Positions 44,182 through 53,800 of a DNA stretch of 64,000 bases are shown here, one piece after another. Made by a program: the position numbers and the translations under genes. How positions within the stretch are numbered: position 1 is the first letter of the stretch; every line of letters starts with the position of its first letter. Below the pieces are notes generated by a model. The model did not search any database and was not told the origin of the DNA. It saw only the letters and a list, made by a program, of their open reading frames with translations. The stretch spans positions 1,728,001 through 1,792,000 of the forward strand of contig OZ255836.1 of NCBI GenBank assembly GCA_965277715.1. Direction: 5' to 3'. The DNA is from Gammaproteobacteria bacterium. GTDB lineage: Bacteria; Pseudomonadota; Gammaproteobacteria; JBCCGL01.

Positions 44182-45744
44182 TTACTGTGCATCGGCAACC
44201 AGGTCGATTCGCGAAAAAAATACCCCACATAACAGCATAGACGCACACAGCATTACTATCGGCCACGAACCCCAGCGAGTATAAAACGTACCACCAAAAC
44301 GTGGTTTTACCTCACCGTACACACTGTATTGGCCAACAGTTGGCCCACGGTTAATCAACACACCATTGTGGGCAATCACGGCAGAAAGGCCCTTGTTACT
44401 TGAGTAAAGCGCCGGTTTTTGGCTTTCTATAGCCCTTACCCGTGCATTCAGCAACAAATACGAGGCGACCCAGCCTCCGCTAAACCAACCAACATCACTG
44501 GTGTGAACATGCAGGTGGGAGCCATGCAGGCGGTCGCGTAATTCATCGCCGAACAGCACCTCAAAACAAATTGACGCCGCAAGCCTAAGCTCCTGGTAAT
44601 CGACAGAACCCGTTTGACCCGTCCCTGGCACCAAACGACTCATATAGGCGTTAGGCAACAGCGTAGACACCCACGAAAACCACGTGGGGGAATATTCACC
44701 AAAAGGTATTAAGTGTTGTTTTCTATAACTGGCTTCACCGGTACTCGCGTCGATAATCGCATTGTACTTGCGCTCGCCATCCTGTAAATAGCCGCCAAAC
44801 AATACTGTAGTGCCCATTTTCGCGAGCCGCGAAAAACTATCGGTAAATGCGTCAGCAAGCTGCCGATAATCAGTGCTGGCAGTAGATTCCGGCCATAAAC
44901 TGATATCCGGTAAAGGGGCCTGCCCGGCCAGTGCAGCGTAATGCTTTATACGGCGCACAACATCTGCCCGACTGTCCTTTTCACCCAAATCAAAATCACC
45001 TTGTATAACTTGAACGTTAAGGGGCTTGACGTTGAGCGGCTGCGTCCACTGAACCTGGCGTAAACTGAAAACGATAAAAGCCAAACACGCCAAACCGCAG
45101 CACGCCATCACCAACGTATTCCAGCGCAGCCTAGTCAGCACCAGACACAACAGACCAACACCAAAATACAACAGTAAACTCAACCCCAGGATGCCTGTAA
45201 GTGGCAACAACGAATTAAACCCCCGGTCTACGAGCAGGTAACCCGCCTGTTGCCAGGGAAACCCTGTCCAAAGCCAACTGCGTATCCACTCGCTAAGGCA
45301 TCCACTAGCAGGCAATATGCCCAACCACCACCACGCACTTTTCCGCTGTACAAACGTAAAACGGGTGACAATACTGGCTATAAGCACATAATACATAGCC
45401 TGAAGCAGAATAATGCTCAATATAAGTGCCCCGGTAGTCCATTTTCCATGGCCTTCAAAGTGCGAGGCAATATCAAATAACCAATACAAGCCACACAAAA
45501 AGTAACCAATACCAAAGATACCAGCCAACATCAGCGCGTGTCGATAACGACTAATCTGTAGTAACCGGTAAAGAAGCACATGGCCAAGCAGCCACAACCA
45601 GAAATAGGCGTTGTATTGGAATGCCAAAGCTGCACAAACACCGCTAATAAACGCTATGGCGACAGCCGGTATAAAGCCAATTGATTGCAGTGAAGTCGAT
45701 TTTATTAAAGCCACAACCCAAACCTGGTTTCTACTGTTATGCAA
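44182..45744 (-). CDS. lnt: Apolipoprotein N-acyltransferase homolog
   Basis: EWIRSWLWTGFPW, VIQG, WPES, YRKQHLIPFGEY, ICFE and RAIE give an intact E-K-C triad. Exact start uncertain. Confidence 0.9.
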   Translation of the reverse strand: MHNSRNQVWVVALIKSTSLQSIGFIPAVAIAFISGVCAALAFQYNAYFWLWLLGHVLLYRLLQISRYRHALMLAGIFGIGYFLCGLYWLFDIASHFEGHGKWTTGALILSIILLQAMYYVLIASIVTRFTFVQRKSAWWWLGILPASGCLSEWIRSWLWTGFPWQQAGYLLVDRGFNSLLPLTGILGLSLLLYFGVGLLCLVLTRLRWNTLVMACCGLACLAFIVFSLRQVQWTQPLNVKPLNVQVIQGDFDLGEKDSRADVVRRIKHYAALAGQAPLPDISLWPESTASTDYRQLADAFTDSFSRLAKMGTTVLFGGYLQDGERKYNAIIDASTGEASYRKQHLIPFGEYSPTWFSWVSTLLPNAYMSRLVPGTGQTGSVDYQELRLAASICFEVLFGDELRDRLHGSHLHVHTSDVGWFSGGWVASYLLLNARVRAIESQKPALYSSNKGLSAVIAHNGVLINRGPTVGQYSVYGEVKPRFGGTFYTRWGSWPIVMLCASMLLCGVFFSRIDLVADAQ

Positions 45745-45929
45745 GCTAACTCCACACTCAATTGAAAATAAACCTAATGCCGTTTACTCTATAACAGTTA
45801 GGTAGTTACGCTTATAAGTATTTTTTTCGCCAACCTGCAAAAAGGAACTTTTTGGTTGTGCAAAATGTAAAACTATGCATAATTACACTTGCAGTTTAAC
45901 AAAATTTATTTTAGAGGAGATTTAATACA

Positions 45930-46271
45930 ATGTTTAATAGGATGCTTATATTAGCTACATTACTTTTATCATCCAATACGGCTTGGGCCATTTCTTCCGA
46001 AACCGGAAAAATAACATCACTTTCAATTGGAGAAAGCGGCTACGTTTCTGTCTACCTTGATGGTACCGATGACAATAGCCAATGTTCAGGAGGGGCCAGA
46101 TGGACACTATATAAAAATGACCCAATGTTTGAGGGTAAATACTCCACTCTTTTAGCGGCATATATCTCGGGAAAAACCATCGGTCTTAGGCATCTAAGTT
46201 CTACATGCGGCCTGTATTCAGGTAATATTATCGAGATGATTAGTATTAATCTTTCCTACCAAAGCCAATAA
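45930..46271 (+). CDS. Small secreted hypothetical protein with a Cys pair
   Basis: GAGGAG RBS; signal peptide ending AWA; two Cys; YSTLLAAYISGKTI segment. Confidence 0.75.
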   Translation: MFNRMLILATLLLSSNTAWAISSETGKITSLSIGESGYVSVYLDGTDDNSQCSGGARWTLYKNDPMFEGKYSTLLAAYISGKTIGLRHLSSTCGLYSGNIIEMISINLSYQSQ

Positions 46272-46317
46272 ACAGAATTCAGTTCAAAGTTTTAAAAAAA
46301 TTCACAATCGGATAATC

Positions 46318-46341
46318 ACCGGGGGTAATCGAACCCCCGGT
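46318..46341 (+). terminator. Hairpin terminator after the secreted-protein gene
   Basis: ACCGGGGGT-aatcga-ACCCCCGGT followed by TTT. Confidence 0.55.
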
Positions 46342-46616
46342 TTCGACAGAGAAACATCAAGTATTAAAGACAAGTTGCTGACAGCAGTATACAGCTACTT
46401 TGTGGGGAAGATTCACCTATTGCTGTGATTTACCAAACTGCTGTTGTACAAACCGCCGTTTTTCAACCACATTCTGATCGTAGTAACATCACTGCGTTAT
46501 AACGGTAATGTGGCAACACAAATTTCTACTGAAAATATTATGCCCTGGGGTGTTCAACGCCATTAACTTAATTGATCAGCGGCGTAAAAGCCCTTTAGCA
46601 CTTTACAATCGCCACT

Positions 46617-47180
46617 ATGCGCACCTATTTTGATAACGTTGACACCCTGCATCGCTACACCCTGGAACTTGACCTCCATCAGGATGAGCTACTATGCCCT
46701 AACTGGTTTAAATGCAACTCGTTTGTCTCCCACGGCTTTGTCTACAAACAGATCTCCAGCACCCAGAAAGTTGTTGTCGGCAAACGCATTTTCTGCACGA
46801 ATCGACACGCAAAAACGGGCTGCGGCACAACTCGTAGACTGTATCTGGCCGAGACCATTCCCTCCCTTCGCTACTCCACTCAGCACCTTTTTACCTTTCT
46901 TTTATCGTTGATCGCATTGTGTAGTATTCAACAGGCCTATGAAGCCGCTACCGGTACTAAAGACCCTCGCAATGCGTATCGTTGGTTACATAAGCTAAGC
47001 CTTAAATTGATGAACTTCAGACAAGGACTCACCTTACACGCACCCTCCCTTGCCGAACGTTTCAAGACGCGAACACGACGTTTGAGAGTAATATTGCCTA
47101 CCCTGCAAACCCTGTTTTCAACTCTACCCACCAACCCCTGCACCCACTACCAGCACCGCCGACAAACGGCGTTTATTTAA
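46617..47180 (+). CDS. Cys-rich transposon accessory protein (DUF6431-like)
   Basis: CPNWFKC...HG...RIFC...GCGTT and NAYRWL; first gene of the element. Confidence 0.65.
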   Translation: MRTYFDNVDTLHRYTLELDLHQDELLCPNWFKCNSFVSHGFVYKQISSTQKVVVGKRIFCTNRHAKTGCGTTRRLYLAETIPSLRYSTQHLFTFLLSLIALCSIQQAYEAATGTKDPRNAYRWLHKLSLKLMNFRQGLTLHAPSLAERFKTRTRRLRVILPTLQTLFSTLPTNPCTHYQHRRQTAFI

Positions 47181-47394
47181 CGTTTACCATCATCAGGATA
47201 CCCGCTGATTTACCCAATACACCCCAAATATGAACCACCATCACAAATAGGCATTACCACATTATCATCCACCGCCGCGCAAAACCATGAGGCTTTATCG
47301 CCTCCTCTATTCTTGCAACAGAATCCGTCACTCGTTTAACACCATGGCGCTCTCTACCATCCCCAACCTCATCCATCGTTTAATCAGGTCTAAC

Positions 47395-48636
47395 ATGAAA
47401 TCCACTCAACATCCTCCCCTCGAACTCAGGCTGCGTGTCTTAAGCGCTATCGATTATGCGCCCGGCCAGTCGATCCGCAAACGCATCAAACAGGTCGCCA
47501 ACCGTACCTTCCACGACGAACAAACCGGGTGCCAGTACACCTTTACCTGGCGAACCATCAGCACCTGGTTGTACCGGTATAAAAAACACGGTGTCACCGC
47601 ACTTGATAGCAAAACCCGCGCGGATAAAAACAGTTACCGGAAAATCCAGCTCAACGAATTGGCTGAGGCCATTAATGACATCCTTCCAACGTTAAGTCAC
47701 AATAAAATAGGCATCGTTCCAAAACAGGCCATTTATCGCCAGTGACTTCAGCGCAATTACTTTCAGCGTAGCCAACTCTCACAAACCTCTTTCTATTGTA
47801 TGCTTAGAGAAAATGATCTGCTTAATGGTGAACAAATACAAAAACTTCGACGATCCTTTTCTATGCAGTTTGCCAATGAACTCTGGCAGGCCGATACCCT
47901 GTATGGGCCTTCAATCAAACAACCCGATGGCAAATGGAAAAAGACCTTTCTGATCGCCTTTATTGACGATGCCAGCCGGGTCATTACCCACGGCGAATTC
48001 TTTTATCGGGATAATACCGACAACATGGTGGAGGCCTTTCGAACCGCTCTGTTTAAACGCGGTAAACCCGAAAGACTCTACTTTGATAACGGGGCCAACT
48101 ACACCTCTAAAGAAATACTACAAGCCTGTGTGCGCCTGAATATTCATCTGTCCCATGCACCCATTAGGGACGGTGCAGCAAAAGGTAAAATCGAACGGTT
48201 CTTTCGGGGATTCCGTGATCGGTTTTTAGTCCAACATGTAACCTTTGAGTCATTGGATAAACTCAACGCGCTGACCGGTGAATGGGTAGAAAATGACTAT
48301 AACACCAAGCACCATACCGGCATTGGAATGATACCGATTGACCGGTTTAACCTCGACCATAGCCGTATCCATTTCCTCACTGACGATGAGTACACCGAAG
48401 AGGTTTTCTTTATCCAAGAAAATCGCAAAGTCAGTAAAACCAATGTCTTTTCTATCAACTCACAAAAATACGAATGCCCGGTGGATTTGCGGAAAAAAAC
48501 TATCCAGGTGCGTTATGACCGGACTAAGCGAGATCGTTTTGTGGTCTATTTTGCTGACACACGTATGGGGGACCCCACAGTACTGGATCTCCACTATAAC
48601 GCTAACCTCAGAAAAAAGGCGCTAACCCATGATTAA
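47395..48636 (+). pseudogene. DDE-type integrase/transposase with HTH, interrupted by an in-frame TGA
   Basis: ORFs 47287-47745 and 47800-48636 share one frame. HTH TWRTISTWLYRYK; DDE motifs WQAD, FIDD, FDNG, KGKIERFF. Single TGA at 47743-47745. Confidence 0.82.
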
Positions 48637-49435
48637 ATCCATCTTCGGACTCACCAAAGAACCCTTTAATCGACGTGACTTGACACTATTGCCCCAACAG
48701 AAGAAGATCCTTGATATCATCAAGATTCACTCCCAGCAAGGGGGTTTCTCTGTCGTTATCGGCAAACCTGGTGTCGGTAAAAGCGTACTGTTTGAGCATA
48801 TTGAAAATCTGCAAAAAGAACGCAACATCACGGTTGTATCCTGCTCACGCACTTTGCATACTTACCTCAATATTCTCAAACAACTGGCGGAGTCGTTTAA
48901 AATTGAGGTCGCTGTTAAAGACTTGGAAAAGGAATTAATCATCAGCGCATTTAATCATATCCGGGATCGAAAAACGCTTTATATCCTGATTGATGAAGCG
49001 CATTTATTGGACATGCTAGTGTTGCGAAAGCTAAGGTTATTGTTTGAACGTTTTCCGAAAAAACATAACCTGATACTGTTTGGACAGCGGGATTTATTGT
49101 ATTACCTGTCTATGAATGTAAACCAGGATATCAAGAGTCGTATTACTTATTCTGAAAATATATCCCCGCTCAATGACGATGACCTGGAACGTTATATCAT
49201 CAAAGAGTTGGAAGCGGTTAGGATGGGCATTAATACCTTTGATAGCGCCGCTATCGAGCTGATCGTACGTTCAGCACAGGGAAACTTACGGCTCTGCCGC
49301 AATCTGTGTTATGGCAGTCTTATCGAAGCTTGTAGAGAAACCAAAAAAATCGTGACAATCAGTTATGTCAACAATGTGTTGGTACAACCCCATTGGCGCT
49401 CTCATGAAGAATTAATCAAACAGCAAGTGGCGTAA
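48629..49435 (+). CDS. ExeA/TniB-like AAA+ ATPase
   Basis: Walker A GKPGVGKS, Walker B LIDEAH, LILFGQ, SRIT and GNLRLC; overlaps the transposase stop. Confidence 0.88.
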   Translation: MIKSIFGLTKEPFNRRDLTLLPQQKKILDIIKIHSQQGGFSVVIGKPGVGKSVLFEHIENLQKERNITVVSCSRTLHTYLNILKQLAESFKIEVAVKDLEKELIISAFNHIRDRKTLYILIDEAHLLDMLVLRKLRLLFERFPKKHNLILFGQRDLLYYLSMNVNQDIKSRITYSENISPLNDDDLERYIIKELEAVRMGINTFDSAAIELIVRSAQGNLRLCRNLCYGSLIEACRETKKIVTISYVNNVLVQPHWRSHEELIKQQVA

Positions 49436-49825
49436 GGGAGAGAGCCAGGATACCCACCTTATCCTTTTCGGACAGTGAAAATAGCATCAACTCTTAGAGA
49501 AACGTTGTTTGCGACATCTATCGTAACAGGGGGCTATGTGCTCCCTGTTACAAGTTAACCCATGACATCATAAAGGGCAACCTACGAGAGTATCGTGGTC
49601 AGCCGAGGTTATCGTACGGGTATAATATGGATGGGTAAAACGTCAGATTTTAATGCGGTAAAAGTATTTTTTATTATGATCGGAATGTGGCAAAAACGCC
49701 GAAAAACTGAAAAATACTATGATAGATAATTTGGGGATTTATACGATCAGAAAGTGGCACGCTACAATGTCCTTGCATATTTCTATATAGTGCCTGTCCT
49801 ATTTCTACTTTCATCTTTTAAATAG

Positions 49826-50114
49826 TAAATAACTAGCCTGACCCCTTTTGTTCTTTTGACAAACCGTATCCTTTATTGATGCAGCCAAGGGACGTGGCCA
49901 GAAGTGTTGTTAAAAAATATGGCCATCCCAAAAAACAGAAATAGGTCATTTACAATGAAAGTACTTCCATATTTTTCATGTACTTAGAGCTTAAGGAAGT
50001 GCCATTCTAGCCTGACCCCTTTTCTTCCTTTTCTTTTTAAAAAAGCCTCCGGTATACGAGGCTTTAACAAAAAGTACTTTGTTTATACTAAATAACTAGC
50101 CTGACCCCTTTTCT
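49826..50114. repeat. Three dispersed copies of CTAGCCTGACCCCTTTT
   Basis: Copies at 49833, 50007 and 50096; the first and third extend to TAAATAACTAGCCTGACCCCTTTT. Confidence 0.85.
50038..50065 (-). terminator. Intrinsic terminator of the Rhs-immunity operon
   Basis: AAAGCCTC-cggtatac-GAGGCTTT hairpin with a T-run on the minus strand. Confidence 0.6.
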
Positions 50115-50180
50115 TTCTTTTCTTTCTAGTTACAACTAGCTCACCTGCACCATCAGATAAGACGCGTGAACCCAACCTAT

Positions 50181-50849
50181 CTAAAGCAGGCCGAACACCA
50201 GAGTTTTTAAAGACGCAATCAGCTCCATTTCCACAATCGTATTGCGCCCCCTTTTGTGCATGCAAGAAAGCAATGAGTCTTGTTCCACTGTACTTTCCAA
50301 GTGCTGAATGTACTTTCTATATTTTCCCGTGTAAATATGGGAGATTTTATTTCGAATTTTTTCATCCGCAAAATCACTACTATAAATATCATCTAAAACA
50401 TCCTTGACATCGTTTAAATAAAAATAGTTAACTACGCCTTTCCCTATATCTACTCCCGGATAAATAGCTTCATACAAAACTTCAACATTAGAATTTTCTT
50501 TCAATACTTCTTTGTATATCTCATTAAAGAGTTCAATATATTGAACTCTTTCCAAGCATTGCATCGCATAGACAACAATTTTTTTCTCATCCAAATTTAG
50601 ATTGGGATTTTGTATTGCATTAACTGCGTAATCAAAGAAAACACTAGGTTTTCTATATATATGCGAGAATTTTTCATCATTTATTAAAACCGTGTTAGAT
50701 GAATAATCAAAAAATCTATAAAAATTAATTTTAAGAGCGATATCACCGATAGCCTCTATAAATGATGATTCTTCCAATAGAGTGCTCTGTTCGTTTTGAT
50801 CAATACATGATGCCAATAAAAAGATCAACCCAAATAGAATCCTTTTCAT
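50181..50849 (-). CDS. Putative lipoprotein immunity protein
   Basis: ATG 50849 overlaps the Rhs TGA; MKRILFGLIFLLASC lipobox; very AT-rich. Confidence 0.75.
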   Translation of the reverse strand: MKRILFGLIFLLASCIDQNEQSTLLEESSFIEAIGDIALKINFYRFFDYSSNTVLINDEKFSHIYRKPSVFFDYAVNAIQNPNLNLDEKKIVVYAMQCLERVQYIELFNEIYKEVLKENSNVEVLYEAIYPGVDIGKGVVNYFYLNDVKDVLDDIYSSDFADEKIRNKISHIYTGKYRKYIQHLESTVEQDSLLSCMHKRGRNTIVEMELIASLKTLVFGLL

Positions 50850-53800
50850 TGTAGACCTACCCAACGTCTATACACTATGGATCCAGATGCATTGGCGGGC
50901 TGATATGAACCCATACCTAATCTAACCATAAGGTGAGTAGTAGAATACCCCACACCGCCGTAGTTAGCAGCAATTACTTGTCTCCCAAACCCTCCTACAT
51001 AAACACCAACATGACCAGAGCCTTCTGTCCTTGCAAAAGCTGCGATATCCCCCCTCTGGGGAGAGTCTACAACTTCAAAACCTGGAATGCTCCTTGTAGC
51101 ATCTGCCCAATAATTTGCCCTAATTGGCCACTTCCCTCCCTCATACATTGGAGCTGTTGCTCCAGCCGTATTTAGCACATTTTTTACAAAACAATTACAT
51201 TTCCAATCTCCTGGGCCAAAGTTATCAACAGTTCCTGATTTTGCATAATTTGTATCACCTAAATAATCTTCTGCTACCGTTGCTATTTTTTCTCTGACCC
51301 TTTCAATTTCTAATTGCCTCTCTGCATTGTGCCAGTGGGTGAAGGCAGAGGAAGCTGCCCCATTTGCAAACTTCCCCCCACCAAGCTTAGATGCCGTCCC
51401 CCCAATCACCGCAGCAGTAACCGTCCGATGAATTTTATAATTAGCGGACTTCCCCCAAATATCAGAATTCAACGACTTTGCCCCTGCAGCAAAGGCCGAC
51501 GAAACAAACCCATAACCAAACTTTCCGCCTTGCGCAACCGCCAAAGTACCACCAACCACACCATTAGCAGCTACATTCAAGGCATACTGACCTGCACCAG
51601 CATTAATGTCAAAGGTTGAACCAACCCAGCTACTGGCTTGTTGGCCAAGATAATACGTTATCCCCGCTACAGCGGCACCTCTAGCGGCTTCCGAGGGCGA
51701 AGCCCCATACGCTCTGGCTATATCGTATTGCGCGTGCGCATAACACAGCGCTGCAAAAGGGCCACAAAATGCTGAGCCAATGGTCGCCGCGAGATTGGCA
51801 ATTTTTGGACCTACAGCCCGAATAACGGCTCTTGTAGCTTTCTTCACAAGTTGATGATGCAAAGCCGCCGACGGCCCTAATACAAGACCCGCAAGTCCCC
51901 CGAATGCTTTTTTAAGCAATCCCTTTAAAATATACCCACTAGGATCCGTATACTTCATCGGATTATTCTGCACATAGCTATAGCGACTATAGCTTTGGCT
52001 CATGCCCGCCGCCTGTATATATGGATCGGCGCTGATAAACCGCGCCAGGCTTGCATCGTATACCCGCCCATTCATATGAATCAGGCCCACTTCTTCAATC
52101 GATTCGTGGTCGGTATAAGCCCGGGTGGTAAACAGTAAACGCATGCTGTACAGCGACCCCGCACCTTGCCAGTCAAAATGGCGTTGTTTGCCCCAGGCAT
52201 CGTAACTGCGCCGATCAACCACTTGACCGTCAGCATCCGTCATCGTGTCGATACTGCCGAGCGCGTCTTTGTGCAGATAGTGGGTTTTAACACCCTCCTT
52301 GCTGGAAACACTGTGGCTGGCGACCCGATTGCCTGCAGCATAGATGTAGTGTTGATGCCGGGTGTGTTGACCGTTGTCAGTGACCTGTTTCTCGTACAAT
52401 CCCCCTACGTACCAGGTGGTATCACCTGTGTGATTGATCTTTTTATAGCGCGCCCGGTCAAGGCCATAACTAAAACGGGCCGATTTGCCGTTTTTACTGA
52501 TATGGATCGGTTTGTTAAAACTGTTCCAGGTGAAACGGCGCCCATCGCCTTCGAGCATATTGCCGTTGGCGTCGTAGTGGTATTGATGATTACCCGCGCT
52601 GCTAACAGCATGTGGCCGACCACTGGTGTATTGGTAGTGACCCACGTCAGATTTGTAGGTGATATTGCCGTAAACGTCATAATTCTGGGTTTGCGCAATA
52701 TCGAGACCACCACCGATAAAGCGCTCACTGACCAAGTGCGTGGCGGTCAGCCGGTCTAAGCGGTCGTACTCGAAGGTTTCGCGGATGTCGTTAACCAGAT
52801 CATCGCGCAATGTGACATTATTGTAGGCGTCGTATTGGTATTCGATATGCCGTATCGCGGTGCTGGCAAGCAGGCCGCTATGGATAACTTGCAACTGACC
52901 AGTGGCGGTATTGTAGCTGTAGTCGTTAACGATACCGTTACCATACGATTCTGCAGTAATGCGCCCGGACGCATCGGCATCAAGCGCCTGCCAGTAGGTG
53001 ATATGTTGGGTATCAGCCGTTTGTGCTTGATAGCTTTCAGCACCGTTTTCAAGGCTGCGTGTGTAATGGAAGCTTTGATCTGCCGCTGCCAGCGTTTGCT
53101 CGGCTAATACGGTGATTTGTTCGATCAATTGGGTGTAACTGCCGATATGCTGATCGAGTAACGCAATGACATTCTCAAGCTCAATAACGGTATTGTTGAG
53201 GTGGCCTAAAAATGCCGGTGAGAGGGTTTGGTTTTGCCCAATACTCGCCGTTAGCTTTGTTTGTTCGTCAGAACTAAGGTTCTGGGTAGGTGTTACTCCT
53301 TGGCCATTCTCGACCGGTATGAAAATACTTATACCATTGACATTAACTGGTGCCAGGGTAATTACATGGGGTTTTTCTATCTTGGCATTATTTATACTTT
53401 CTGTTAGCAAACTTTTCTGGCTATTCAGATCGGCTTGCAAGTCATCGCTTAAATGCGGTACAGGCACAGGGTCTCTGGTTGGCAGAACCAATTGACTGCG
53501 CCAGCCAGGTACGAAAATGGTGATATCTCCAACACTAATCGGTACCTGTACGCTCACCAAGGGTTGACTGGCAGCTTCTTTCTCAGCTTCTTTAAGGTCA
53601 GCCTGATATTTCGCCTCTGCACGGGTTTGTATGGCAAGTAATGCGCGGTAGTCGTCGAGTTTGGCGCGATACCGCTGCCCAATGCGCCGCAAGGTGTGCG
53701 CACGGGTTTCGTAGCTTTCAGCCAGGTCTGTCGCGGCCAGAATTAACGGGGCTAATTGGCTGAGATCACCGGTTTCTGCCCGGAGACGACTGCCACGCAC

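Larger units (their letters stand above)
46442..49766 (+). mobile_element. Three-gene DDE transposon (Cys-rich accessory protein + DDE transposase + ExeA-like ATPase)
   Basis: End motif CCACATTCTGATCGTA at 46467 recurs inverted at 49675-49690 and 49742-49757; right end ...GCTACA at 49766. Left boundary approximate; no TSD found. Confidence 0.7.

Noticed and set aside
47743-47745. Selenocysteine recoding of the transposase TGA
   Set aside because: Not a redox-Cys context and no convincing SECIS hairpin right downstream.
49826-50114. CRISPR or integron attC interpretation of the CTAGCCTGACCCC repeats
   Set aside because: Irregular spacing (174 and 89 bp), no RYYYAAC/GTTRRRY palindromic structure, and no integrase or cas gene in the window.
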